From a virus (lineage: Duplodnaviria > Caudoviricetes): 64,000 nucleotides of DNA. Under the pieces are notes generated by a model. It was given only the letters and a program-made list of their open reading frames with translations, made no database searches and had not been told where the DNA came from. The stretch is taken from positions 1,367-65,366 of the IMG/VR virus record IMGVR_UViG_3300037507_000754; one strand, written 5' to 3'. Every line of letters begins with the position of its first letter. The stretch's first letter is position 1. This document shows positions 56,622 through 64,000 of the stretch, piece after piece. Position numbers and translations under genes: made by a program.

Positions 56622-56821
56622 GACGTGGCAGCGCGGGCCATAGGCCCGTCCTCCATGATGGATAGCGTGTGCTGGAGGATACGCGCTTCGGTGCCAATAT
56701 GCAAGGCCACTTCACGGGCTTCAGCGTAGCGGTGCTCAAGGCACAGGTCGTGCGCTTTGCGCAACAGCTTCTCTATCTTCATCATCGGCATAGCGTAGTC
56801 GATGACCTCGTCAGTCTTCAT
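56618..56821 (-). CDS. hypothetical protein
   Basis: GGAG RBS; IDYAMPMMKIEK. Confidence 0.55.
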   Translation of the reverse strand: MKTDEVIDYAMPMMKIEKLLRKAHDLCLEHRYAEAREVALHIGTEARILQHTLSIMEDGPMARAATS

Positions 56822-58676
56822 GCAGTTCTCCATAGTTGTAGCCCCACTTCGATTCACAGTTGAGCGGGCACCCCTGTGCCCAGTCAGGCACCCAGCGCAT
56901 GCAAGACTCGACGTAAGCCCTCGCCGCTTGGCGCTCGTCCTCGCGAGCCAATGCTATCACGCTGTCGTGCACAGTGAGTTTGACGGGTAACTTACGGGAG
57001 ATGCGTAGCATCTGACTCATGACGATGATACGTGCCAGTGCTTGGGTGAGGTTCTCGATGAGCTTCCCACCGTAGATGTTCACCACACCAGTGTCATCTT
57101 TGTAGCGCCACTCAACGAAGCGCTCACCCTGTGCACGGTGGAGTTGTGGATAGCTGATGTAGAGCCCGCTGGGCAGCTTGATTCCCTTCTTGCCCTCGAT
57201 CAGCGCCACACCTTCACGCCCCAGCCACATGCTCTCATCGTTGTACATAGAGCGGATAGACTCTTCCCCTCGTGCCCACAGGTCAACGATATGCGGCACA
57301 CTGCCACGGTAGGTGTTGATGATCTTCTCACACTCTACGATGTCGAGGTCGACCGACGGTGTTGCCGCCTTGAGCGTCGCCTTGAGCTTGCCTGCGCCGG
57401 TCTGGTAGCCGCAGCCGAGCGTCACCGTCTTTCCAACGAAGCGCTCTAGCTTGTCAGCCTTAGTCACGGTCTTACCGTAAATCTTGGTTGCCAGCTTGCA
57501 ATACACATCAACGCCGTTGGCGAAGTCGTTGACCAGATCTTCCTGCCCCGCCAGCCACGCAAGCACCCGCGCCTCAATGTTCGAGGAGTCGCAGTCGATG
57601 ATGACATAGCCCGGGGGTGCCTCGATGCAGGCCTTGAGATTCGTACTCCCTCGTGACGGTAGATTTTGTAGGTTAATACCGTCCCCGCCAGATGACCGTT
57701 TTGTTCGCGCATAGGCGTACTTGAGCGGCACGGGGAAGGCATCGCCCCGGGTCGAGATGCCGATGAAGCGCTCGGTGCGCGTCTCCTCCAAGGTGCTCTT
57801 GACGCCGAGTCGTGCAGCAGCTACCGCTTGCACCCGCTCATCTTCATGCTCAAGGAGGGTCTTCATGCCCGGGTCGGTCTTGGCGAAGGCAAAGGTGGGC
57901 TTGTTCGTGGTCGGGCTGATCTTCGTCGGCGGGTCAACGCCGAAGCCCTTGAGCACCTCTGCGAACTTCTGGTTGCTCATGAGCAGGTCAACCTCAACCC
58001 CTGCCGCTGACAACAACTCCGCTTTCCGTTCCCGCACCGCTGCGAGGTGCGTCTCCAGCTTGTCCCGGTTCAGCTTGAGCATCGGCTCGGTGAACATGCG
58101 GATGTGCAGGTCGATGAGCTTCAACTCCTCGATGGGGTAGGGGCCTCGAATGTCTCCTTCGGTCGGGTTGTACCAGCCACTAGACATGAGGTGCCACAAG
58201 TCATGACACAGGTCGACATCGAGCAGGCAGTACTCGGCGTACTGTTTGAACTCTCCCGGCGACATGTCGGAGCGTCTACGCCCAAGCATGTTCATGACAT
58301 AGGTACCCTTGTCCTCCAGATGGTAGCGCTTCGCCAGCGACGCCAAGGAGTTGTTCCGGGCACTGAACATGCCGCGTCCCATGCTGAGGGTGTCGAGCCA
58401 CACGCGGGGCTTGACCCCGAACTTCCACGACAGGATGGCACCGTCAAAAAGCGTGTTGTGGCACAGGATCGCGTACTGCCCCCACGGCACTGCATCGCAC
58501 CACTGCTTGATCTCAAGGTGGGTGCCAGAGACGACCTCCTTCGACCCATCCGGCCAGCGCACGCCGAGCATGATGACTTCAAAGCGTGGGTCGCGGATGT
58601 ACTCTTCGGTGGTGAGTTTGGTGAGGCTGTACTCACGGTCATAAAACGTCTCGAAATCTAGCGTTACTACCTCCAT
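56811..58676 (-). CDS. family A DNA polymerase with 3'-5' exonuclease domain
   Basis: LDFET, HNTLFD, YCLLD; NLQNLP; motif A DSSNIEAR; motif B RFVGKTVTLGCGY; motif C VHDS. Confidence 0.92.
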   Translation of the reverse strand: MEVVTLDFETFYDREYSLTKLTTEEYIRDPRFEVIMLGVRWPDGSKEVVSGTHLEIKQWCDAVPWGQYAILCHNTLFDGAILSWKFGVKPRVWLDTLSMGRGMFSARNNSLASLAKRYHLEDKGTYVMNMLGRRRSDMSPGEFKQYAEYCLLDVDLCHDLWHLMSSGWYNPTEGDIRGPYPIEELKLIDLHIRMFTEPMLKLNRDKLETHLAAVRERKAELLSAAGVEVDLLMSNQKFAEVLKGFGVDPPTKISPTTNKPTFAFAKTDPGMKTLLEHEDERVQAVAAARLGVKSTLEETRTERFIGISTRGDAFPVPLKYAYARTKRSSGGDGINLQNLPSRGSTNLKACIEAPPGYVIIDCDSSNIEARVLAWLAGQEDLVNDFANGVDVYCKLATKIYGKTVTKADKLERFVGKTVTLGCGYQTGAGKLKATLKAATPSVDLDIVECEKIINTYRGSVPHIVDLWARGEESIRSMYNDESMWLGREGVALIEGKKGIKLPSGLYISYPQLHRAQGERFVEWRYKDDTGVVNIYGGKLIENLTQALARIIVMSQMLRISRKLPVKLTVHDSVIALAREDERQAARAYVESCMRWVPDWAQGCPLNCESKWGYNYGELHED

Positions 58677-58969
58677 TACGTGTTCTCCCAGAGCCAGCGG
58701 TCGAGCAGATCAAGGGTGTCTTCTCGCACCACCATAGCGGTGCCACCGGCCTGTTCGATCTTAGTCATCTCTTGGTCTTGTAGTGCGGTGGGCTTGTTGA
58801 ACCCGGCTTTGCACTCCACGCCCAAGAACTTCCCACGGTGACACACGATGATGTCGGGGATACCTGAACGTCCATAGCCTCCCGTGACGGGGTAGAAGTA
58901 GTACCCCTTGTGTTTCTTGATGATCTCAACGGCCTTCGCCTTGACTTTGGATTCAGGTGTGTTGGCCAT
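58676..58969 (-). CDS. VRR-NUC nuclease (putative resolvase)
   Basis: PESKVK...GIPDII...GVECKA...PTALQ. Confidence 0.85.
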   Translation of the reverse strand: MANTPESKVKAKAVEIIKKHKGYYFYPVTGGYGRSGIPDIIVCHRGKFLGVECKAGFNKPTALQDQEMTKIEQAGGTAMVVREDTLDLLDRWLWENT

Positions 58970-59201
58970 GTTTTCTCGGTTCTAGTGCCGTGGTATCCCA
59001 GACGTAGATGCGTGGTTTTGTGGGATGTGCAGGCTCTTCGTAGTGGATGAAGCCCTCGGCGTGGAAAGCAAAGAGGTAGGCACGGGTGGTACTCAGGTGC
59101 ATACCTGTCAGTTCTGCAAGCTCACGTCCTGTGCGCGGAGCCTTGATCAAGAGTGCGATGAGGTCCGCAATCTTCGGTGGGTGGTCGGTGTTGTATGGCA
59201 T
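58953..59201 (-). CDS. winged-HTH protein
   Basis: KAPRTGRELAELTGMHLSTTRAYL...EGFI. Confidence 0.65.
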   Translation of the reverse strand: MPYNTDHPPKIADLIALLIKAPRTGRELAELTGMHLSTTRAYLFAFHAEGFIHYEEPAHPTKPRIYVWDTTALEPRKHGQHT

Positions 59202-59338
59202 CAGAAGAGTGCCTCCTCATCTTGTCCGCGTTGGGTATGGTCCTGCTTAGCGAACCACCGTGCGACTAGTACGCGTTCCGCGTCGGTCTTGAAGGGCCAC
59301 GCCCAGCGGGCGAGGGTAAGTCCTGAGGGGTGCATCAT
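59201..59338 (-). CDS. 45-aa hypothetical protein
   Basis: Manual translation; overlaps both neighbours by 1-4 nt. Confidence 0.45.
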   Translation of the reverse strand: MMHPSGLTLARWAWPFKTDAERVLVARWFAKQDHTQRGQDEEALF

Positions 59339-60027
59339 ACGGTTTCCTTTACGACATAGTCATGGAAGACAGCACCACGCGCTTTGTTGCCGACTTCACA
59401 GTTGCGAACCCAAACACGCTTGTTGTTCTTGAGGTTGCGCCAGTGTCCCCGTCGCTCATGCCAACGGGGGCTTGTGTGTGTGCCCCCTTGAGGTTCTGCC
59501 TTCGGTTTCGGCGGTTCTACAACGATGGTATTCCAATCATACAACGGTACCTTACCTTGGCGAATCCGTTTGGCATGGTTGGCGCGTTTTACTGGTAAAT
59601 AGCCTGTCTCGGCGCGGGCTCCTAGCTTCTTCAAAAACTGGGCTATGAAACCGATAAAACCGGTAGCGCCATTTTTCTTATAGTCGAAGGGTGTTCCGTC
59701 TGTGTGTCTTACATCAATATTGCCCGCATTACCTAAGTCGTCTGGTTTGTAATCAAACTCTTTGGACACATGTAAACTACCTCTCACCATCATAAATGGT
59801 GTTCCACGGGTTACACTTTCATGTTGAGAAACAAATACCACAAACGGGTCATTATTTACTTCAGAAACTAAGGCTACCTTTGGGAAAGGTAAGTTACCAC
59901 ATAGTAAATCTGCCCTTAGTTCTGCGATTTCGTTCGTAATTTCTAACTCAAACCAATGGAAATCTGCTATGTCAAACGCCCCCTCTTTTGAAATAAGGCC
60001 TGACATAGTAGCTATCAGCGGTGTCAT
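59335..60027 (-). CDS. low-GC hypothetical protein with an SPRxHxRRGHWR motif
   Basis: GGTHTSPRWHERRGHWR...VWVRNCEVG; AT-rich 5' part. Confidence 0.7.
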   Translation of the reverse strand: MTPLIATMSGLISKEGAFDIADFHWFELEITNEIAELRADLLCGNLPFPKVALVSEVNNDPFVVFVSQHESVTRGTPFMMVRGSLHVSKEFDYKPDDLGNAGNIDVRHTDGTPFDYKKNGATGFIGFIAQFLKKLGARAETGYLPVKRANHAKRIRQGKVPLYDWNTIVVEPPKPKAEPQGGTHTSPRWHERRGHWRNLKNNKRVWVRNCEVGNKARGAVFHDYVVKETV

Positions 60028-60088
60028 CGTTCTCTCCACAACAGCAGGGCGAAAGCCCCGATAAGGTTAGCAGCGGCGATGAGTTCGA

Positions 60089-60313
60089 TCATGGGTTGTC
60101 CTTCGTTGGTGGGTTCCAGGCCCATATGATGGCGTTGACCTCTGTCTTCCCGCACCTTGTGATCAGGCCCTCATCCTCTAACACCTTGCGCCAGCGGTAG
60201 ATGACCCCTCTGTCGAGGCCGGTCAGTGAAGCGAGTTCGTCAACAGTCCTTGGGGCCTTGACCCACAGGGCTAGCATATCCGCCCACCTCTTGATGTTGT
60301 CAGCTCTTGCCAC
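60089..60313 (-). CDS. winged-HTH protein, paralogue of 58953..59201
   Basis: KAPRTVDELASLTGLDRGVIYRW...EGLI. Confidence 0.65.
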   Translation of the reverse strand: MARADNIKRWADMLALWVKAPRTVDELASLTGLDRGVIYRWRKVLEDEGLITRCGKTEVNAIIWAWNPPTKDNP

Positions 60314-60512
60314 CTTCTCTCCTCTGAATTTCTCTGTCGATATACCACCGGGCCTTCTTGAGATCCTCGATGGCGTCGTGTTTCAGGTCTGCACGCCAGA
60401 TGTACTTGACGGCGTTGCCAAGACAAAAGCTCATGTGCTCGGTGATTTGGATGCACTCGACACCTGACGGGTGCTCGGTGTAGTGCTGGGGATGGTTGAC
60501 TGGGTCGTGCAT
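60300..60512 (-). CDS. DUF3310 (T7 gp1.7/SaV-like) protein
   Basis: DPVNHPQHY...ECI...FCLGNAVKYIWRA...EDLKKARWY. Confidence 0.88.
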   Translation of the reverse strand: MHDPVNHPQHYTEHPSGVECIQITEHMSFCLGNAVKYIWRADLKHDAIEDLKKARWYIDREIQRREGGKS

Positions 60513-60664
60513 ACGGGTATCCTCATTTCACAGGGAACGCCTTCGAGTTCCCACGGGCCTGTCCATGCCTGCCGTTCATGCGGCGGGTCGGTGTAGCGGC
60601 GGCAGGTTCGGCACTCTTCAGCACCGTACCCTGCGCATCGGGCTACGTCGGCGGGGAGGGTCAT
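60431..60664 (-). CDS. small Cys-rich protein
   Basis: DVARC.G...C..C.RY. Confidence 0.45.
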   Translation of the reverse strand: MTLPADVARCAGYGAEECRTCRRYTDPPHERQAWTGPWELEGVPCEMRIPVCTTQSTIPSTTPSTRQVSSASKSPST

Positions 60665-60816
60665 GTTCGTGCCCTTTCGTAAACCTCGCGCAGCGCGTTA
60701 CTGATTTTGACGCCAGCGGCTCGCACCTGTGCCCACGCCTTGCGTTGCTGGTCAGCGTAAATCCACCACGGGTAGAGGTGGTCTTTCATCCTACGGATGC
60801 GGGTGCGTTGTTTCAT
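60661..60816 (-). CDS. small basic hypothetical protein
   Basis: ATGA-coupled to both neighbours. Confidence 0.45.
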   Translation of the reverse strand: MKQRTRIRRMKDHLYPWWIYADQQRKAWAQVRAAGVKISNALREVYERART

Positions 60817-61307
60817 GTCTTGCCCCTCGCCCTGATCTGCTCCGCGCACCGCTGCGCAATACCCTCGACGCTGGCGTGCTGGTCGCAGATGTCGGCACAC
60901 GCCTCAACCTCCCGCCCCTCGGCAATCTGCGTGCCGAGGTGGTCCAGCAGATCTTCAATAGTGTCGCCGTGGCCGGTGGCGTAGCCCATGCTGCGCATCC
61001 AGTGAGCGACTTTCTCGCGCTCTGCTGCGGCGACGAGGGAGGCGAAGCGGGTAAGCAAAAACGTTTGGTCTGACGACCACCAGATAATTCCAGCCTCTTG
61101 CGCCATGCGCAGGATGTCGTCTTGGTCCTGCACCGGCTCGGCCTGCAAGGGGGGTGGCAGATTGCCCCCTCCCTTTGGCTCATCCTGCTGCGCCAGCGCG
61201 GCGCGGAGGGCAGTGACCGCAGCATTTGTTTCATCGTTTGGTCTATGGTCTTGCACGGATTTCAACGCCTCCAGCGCCTGCTGGGCGGCGGTTCGTAGGT
61301 CGGTCAT
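60813..61307 (-). CDS. mosaic hypothetical protein
   Basis: AAQQALEAL, ALRAALAQ, LVAAAERE, YATGHGDTIEDLL, EACA..C, IRARG modules. Confidence 0.7.
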   Translation of the reverse strand: MTDLRTAAQQALEALKSVQDHRPNDETNAAVTALRAALAQQDEPKGGGNLPPPLQAEPVQDQDDILRMAQEAGIIWWSSDQTFLLTRFASLVAAAEREKVAHWMRSMGYATGHGDTIEDLLDHLGTQIAEGREVEACADICDQHASVEGIAQRCAEQIRARGKT

Positions 61308-61900
61308 GTCTTCCCCATCGCCGCGTCGATAGCGGCATCAGCGTCTTCGCCGGTGAGAAGCGTCAACTCCCCGTTTTCGTCGTCGCAGTCGATCCACACC
61401 CCTGCGGCATTGCCGATGACAGGAAGGATTTCTTGCGGGTTGCGGTTGCGCAGGTAGCGGTAGCGCTCGGCGTCAGCGTGCAGCGCCTCGCACTGCCTCT
61501 CCGCCACCCGGGCGCGCTCACACCCGGCGACGCCGCCGCTCTCCCACAACTCATGCCGCTGCTCGTCACAGGATGAGGCCAGGGCGGCGGTGAGGGCTGC
61601 GTTCTCCGCATGCAACCGGCGCAGTTCAGCGGCTGCTTGTTGTATAGCGCTGTAAGTTGACTGCGTGCCAACAGGCGCTTCTAATTCATCAGCCAACCGC
61701 AGGGCTTCGGGTGGCTGAGATATCTCCTGCCTGCGCTCCTCGAGGCGCTTGGCAGCGTCCAGCCTTGACTGGAGGTTTTGCGCGACATCTTCCTGCGCCA
61801 GCAGCTTGCGGAAACGCTCGGCATAGGCCGCGAAGTGGCCGCACCCACCACAGTCGTAGTCGGTAATGAACTCTTGAACGGCATCACGCAGTGTTGTCAT
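61304..61900 (-). CDS. mosaic hypothetical protein
   Basis: ALRLADEL, AAAELRRLHAEN, DAERYRYLR, DAAIDAAM modules. Confidence 0.7.
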   Translation of the reverse strand: MTTLRDAVQEFITDYDCGGCGHFAAYAERFRKLLAQEDVAQNLQSRLDAAKRLEERRQEISQPPEALRLADELEAPVGTQSTYSAIQQAAAELRRLHAENAALTAALASSCDEQRHELWESGGVAGCERARVAERQCEALHADAERYRYLRNRNPQEILPVIGNAAGVWIDCDDENGELTLLTGEDADAAIDAAMGKT

Positions 61901-62103
61901 GCCATCCCCTCCCAAGCAGCCGCCACCACGACGGCGGTGAAGATCGCGACGACCACGACCCAGAACCACATCGTGTCCTCTTCGGGCTTCTCTTCGTCGT
62001 CCTGCCCGACGTCGGTGCAGGACTCTGCTGCCTCGGGATAGCGCCCCTGCTGGTCCGCACCTTTGGGGAGTCGACGCACTGTCGGCTCGTATTTGTCAAC
62101 CAT
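61897..62103 (-). CDS. small membrane protein
   Basis: C-terminal TM helix WFWVVVVAIFTAVVVAAAW. Confidence 0.55.
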   Translation of the reverse strand: MVDKYEPTVRRLPKGADQQGRYPEAAESCTDVGQDDEEKPEEDTMWFWVVVVAIFTAVVVAAAWEGMA

Positions 62104-62335
62104 TTTCCATGTCCTCCTTCAGCCGCTTGTGAAACGTCTCTTCGCTGTCGTCACTAGAGAGCAGGAAGTCGATACGTTCTAGGTACACCGCTGCCGCCAT
62201 GAGCAGCACGAGCCCCTTGCGGAACTCTGCCAGTGTCTCCTTGCTGAACTCGTCATTGGTCTCGATAACGGACGCAAGTCGGTCCGCCATGTTCTGCATG
62301 CGACACTGCTCGTAGTCGAAATACCCACCGCTCAT
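62096..62335 (-). CDS. hypothetical protein (MSGGYFDY...)
   Basis: AAGGAG RBS; RIDFLLSSDDSEETF. Confidence 0.65.
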   Translation of the reverse strand: MSGGYFDYEQCRMQNMADRLASVIETNDEFSKETLAEFRKGLVLLMAAAVYLERIDFLLSSDDSEETFHKRLKEDMENG

Positions 62336-62487
62336 ACCAACTCCTTTCTCGGCACGTGCGTGGCGAGTAGCCACTTGTCACCCAGCCGACGGAGGGCGCG
62401 TACCCATGCCCGCTGATTGTGCCGATCCAGGCGGCGGTCGCCCGAGGCCCAAAGAGCCCGGGCACGTCGTAGCATTTTGGTGTTCAT
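62332..62487 (-). CDS. 51-aa basic hypothetical protein
   Basis: Manual translation MNTKMLRRARALW...WVRALRRLGDKWLLA; ATGA-coupled. Confidence 0.55.
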   Translation of the reverse strand: MNTKMLRRARALWASGDRRLDRHNQRAWVRALRRLGDKWLLATHVPRKELV

Positions 62488-62930
62488 TCGTCACCTCGCA
62501 CTTGTGCGATCAAACCTTCCGCCGCGTTGACAGCGGCGATAGTGGCGTCGTCGCGTTCTCTGTCGTGAATAACAGCGAGCAGCTCCTCCAGGCACTGGAG
62601 TAAACCGGGGGCTGCGGCAATCAGGCGTGCGTCGGCCACCTCATACCCTGCGTTGCGCAGTGCCTGCGGGATGTCCATCGCACCCTTGAAGCTGCCCGGG
62701 AGTTCAAGCCACTCCGCTACCACGCCGTCCGAGTGGGCACCGAAGATGTACGTCTCGGGATCGAGGAGTCCCGGGATGTTGTCGATTTCAGGCATGCCCC
62801 TGGGCTTGGGCTTGATAGCGCTGACCACGACGTACTCGTGGCTCTCGTGTGGGGGTTCCATGCGGAACAGCTCCGCTTCGCCCCGAAAGCCGTCCAGCTT
62901 CTTGATCTTGTGTGCAATTTTGTTTGTCAT
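62484..62930 (-). CDS. chimeric hypothetical protein
   Basis: ETYIF...ELPGS...ALRNAGYEV domain fused to an ADARLIAAAP module. Confidence 0.65.
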   Translation of the reverse strand: MTNKIAHKIKKLDGFRGEAELFRMEPPHESHEYVVVSAIKPKPRGMPEIDNIPGLLDPETYIFGAHSDGVVAEWLELPGSFKGAMDIPQALRNAGYEVADARLIAAAPGLLQCLEELLAVIHDRERDDATIAAVNAAEGLIAQVRGDE

Positions 62931-63007
62931 TTGTGCTCTCCAAAAGCGTTTAGCCAACAAAAACGCCCTACCGGGGTAGAGCGTTGAGTGATGAAACCAG
63001 GGACCTG

Positions 63008-63295
63008 TCAGGCGGTGCGCCACACGCGCAAACCATCGGACATGATGGCGGTGCGGGTCTCAATCTCGTTGCCACCGTACCCAGCGTCGGTCATCAGCAC
63101 GTCGTTGAACCGGTTCCGTGCGTTCAGCACCTTGCGCCGCCACGAGTCCACCAGCTTCTTGCCCTCGTCACCAGCCGTGTCGAAAGGGATCAGGAAAGAG
63201 TGACCGACTCCCATGTCAGCGAACGGGAACGTGGTACCACGACGGCCCGGGCGGGTGCCCTTGGGGATGGAGATGTCTGCTTCGACTTGGAACAT
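63008..63295 (-). CDS. small putative DNA-binding protein
   Basis: FPFADMGVGHSFLIP...GLRVWR. Confidence 0.65.
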   Translation of the reverse strand: MFQVEADISIPKGTRPGRRGTTFPFADMGVGHSFLIPFDTAGDEGKKLVDSWRRKVLNARNRFNDVLMTDAGYGGNEIETRTAIMSDGLRVWRTA

Positions 63296-63417
63296 GTTGT
63301 CCTCTGATGCGCCCGTTGAGTAGCAGCGGGCGAAGGGTTAGCGCACCGGGCTCGGTGCTTGATTGACGGCTACTCCGTTGATTGGTGGGTCGACTCTACC
63401 AACTCATCCCACCGCTG

Positions 63418-63675
63418 TCAACCCTCGATGGGCTCAATCCAGTAAGAATTTTCACCTACCCGCACGCCGATGTTGTAGATTGTCTCAGGGTGCCCAGCGT
63501 CCAGCAGCGCCATCGCCTCAAGCATCCACCGGGGCAGCACATCACGGCGATAGGTACCGGTGCGTACCTCCTCAGGCATCGGTGGGTAGGTCGTGATGCA
63601 GACGTACTCCAGAGGTAGGTCCATGGAAGGGATGATGTGGTAGGACGACTTGGGGTTGCGCTTGGGGTCAAGCAT
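63418..63675 (-). CDS. hypothetical protein
   Basis: LPRWMLEAMALLD...IGVRVG. Confidence 0.6.
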   Translation of the reverse strand: MLDPKRNPKSSYHIIPSMDLPLEYVCITTYPPMPEEVRTGTYRRDVLPRWMLEAMALLDAGHPETIYNIGVRVGENSYWIEPIEG

Positions 63676-63970
63676 TGGCTTCCTTCTTGGCTCTCTGTTC
63701 CGCCCGCTCCTGTTCTTCCTTGGCCTCGGCGTTGGCCCGCATCGTTGCGAACTGCACCGGACCCACCGTGCTGATGCTGGGCATGTTGTCGCCTTTCAGC
63801 GGTATTGCCATCTCCTTGTTGTTCATGTAGTCTTTGGAATACCACGTCTGGATCTTGTAAACATCGTGGCCAGAAAAGAGTTCGAAGATCGCCATCGCTG
63901 CCTCTTTCGGCACGATGAACTTGTTGTGGTCGATGCTTAGGATCACTTTGTCAAACTGTGCTTTGCTCAT
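63668..63970 (-). CDS. hypothetical protein
   Basis: 100-aa ORF with AGGA RBS, overlapping the next gene. Confidence 0.65.
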   Translation of the reverse strand: MSKAQFDKVILSIDHNKFIVPKEAAMAIFELFSGHDVYKIQTWYSKDYMNNKEMAIPLKGDNMPSISTVGPVQFATMRANAEAKEEQERAEQRAKKEANA

Positions 63971-64000
63971 GATAGTTCCTAGGGTTGGGGGAGCGACACC

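Noticed and set aside
1-64000. Alternative genetic code or DNA-modification cluster
   Set aside because: Core genes are intact under code 11, and no PurZ, deazaguanine or methyltransferase genes were recognised.

Overview
Near-complete genome of a GC-rich tailed dsDNA phage with podovirus-like architecture and probably a proteobacterial host (inferred). No integrase, repressor, tRNA, CRISPR array or reverse transcriptase was recognised. Layout: (1) 1-6250, a minus-strand early operon with a zincin/DUF2201-like protein, a MoxR-like AAA+ ATPase, duplicated Gly-X mini-genes, a DUF3150-like protein and small ORFs. It is driven by a perfect TTGACA-N17-TATAAT promoter, followed by an rRNA-type boxA and a ~430-nt highly structured non-coding leader. 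(2) 7830-9730, a control region with an AT-rich origin candidate, twin terminators and twin 17-bp palindromes. (3) 9767-48325, a plus-strand late operon: terminases, portal, GroES-like protein, scaffold, capsid, small basic proteins sharing a hydrophobic-x-x-G-G motif, a 2266-aa modular fibre, lysis genes, nozzle, ejection proteins and a 2100-aa polyvalent protein. (4) 48408-64000, minus-strand replication and accessory genes: primase-helicase, SSB-like protein, Acb2 anti-CBASS homologue, SNF2 helicase, nucleases and a family A polymerase. The best candidates for new biology are the promoter/boxA/structured-RNA leader, the G-skewed / AT-rich / C-skewed synonymous-codon architecture of the giant fibre gene, and the shared xxGG motif. 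Family names come from motif recognition by eye, not from database searches.
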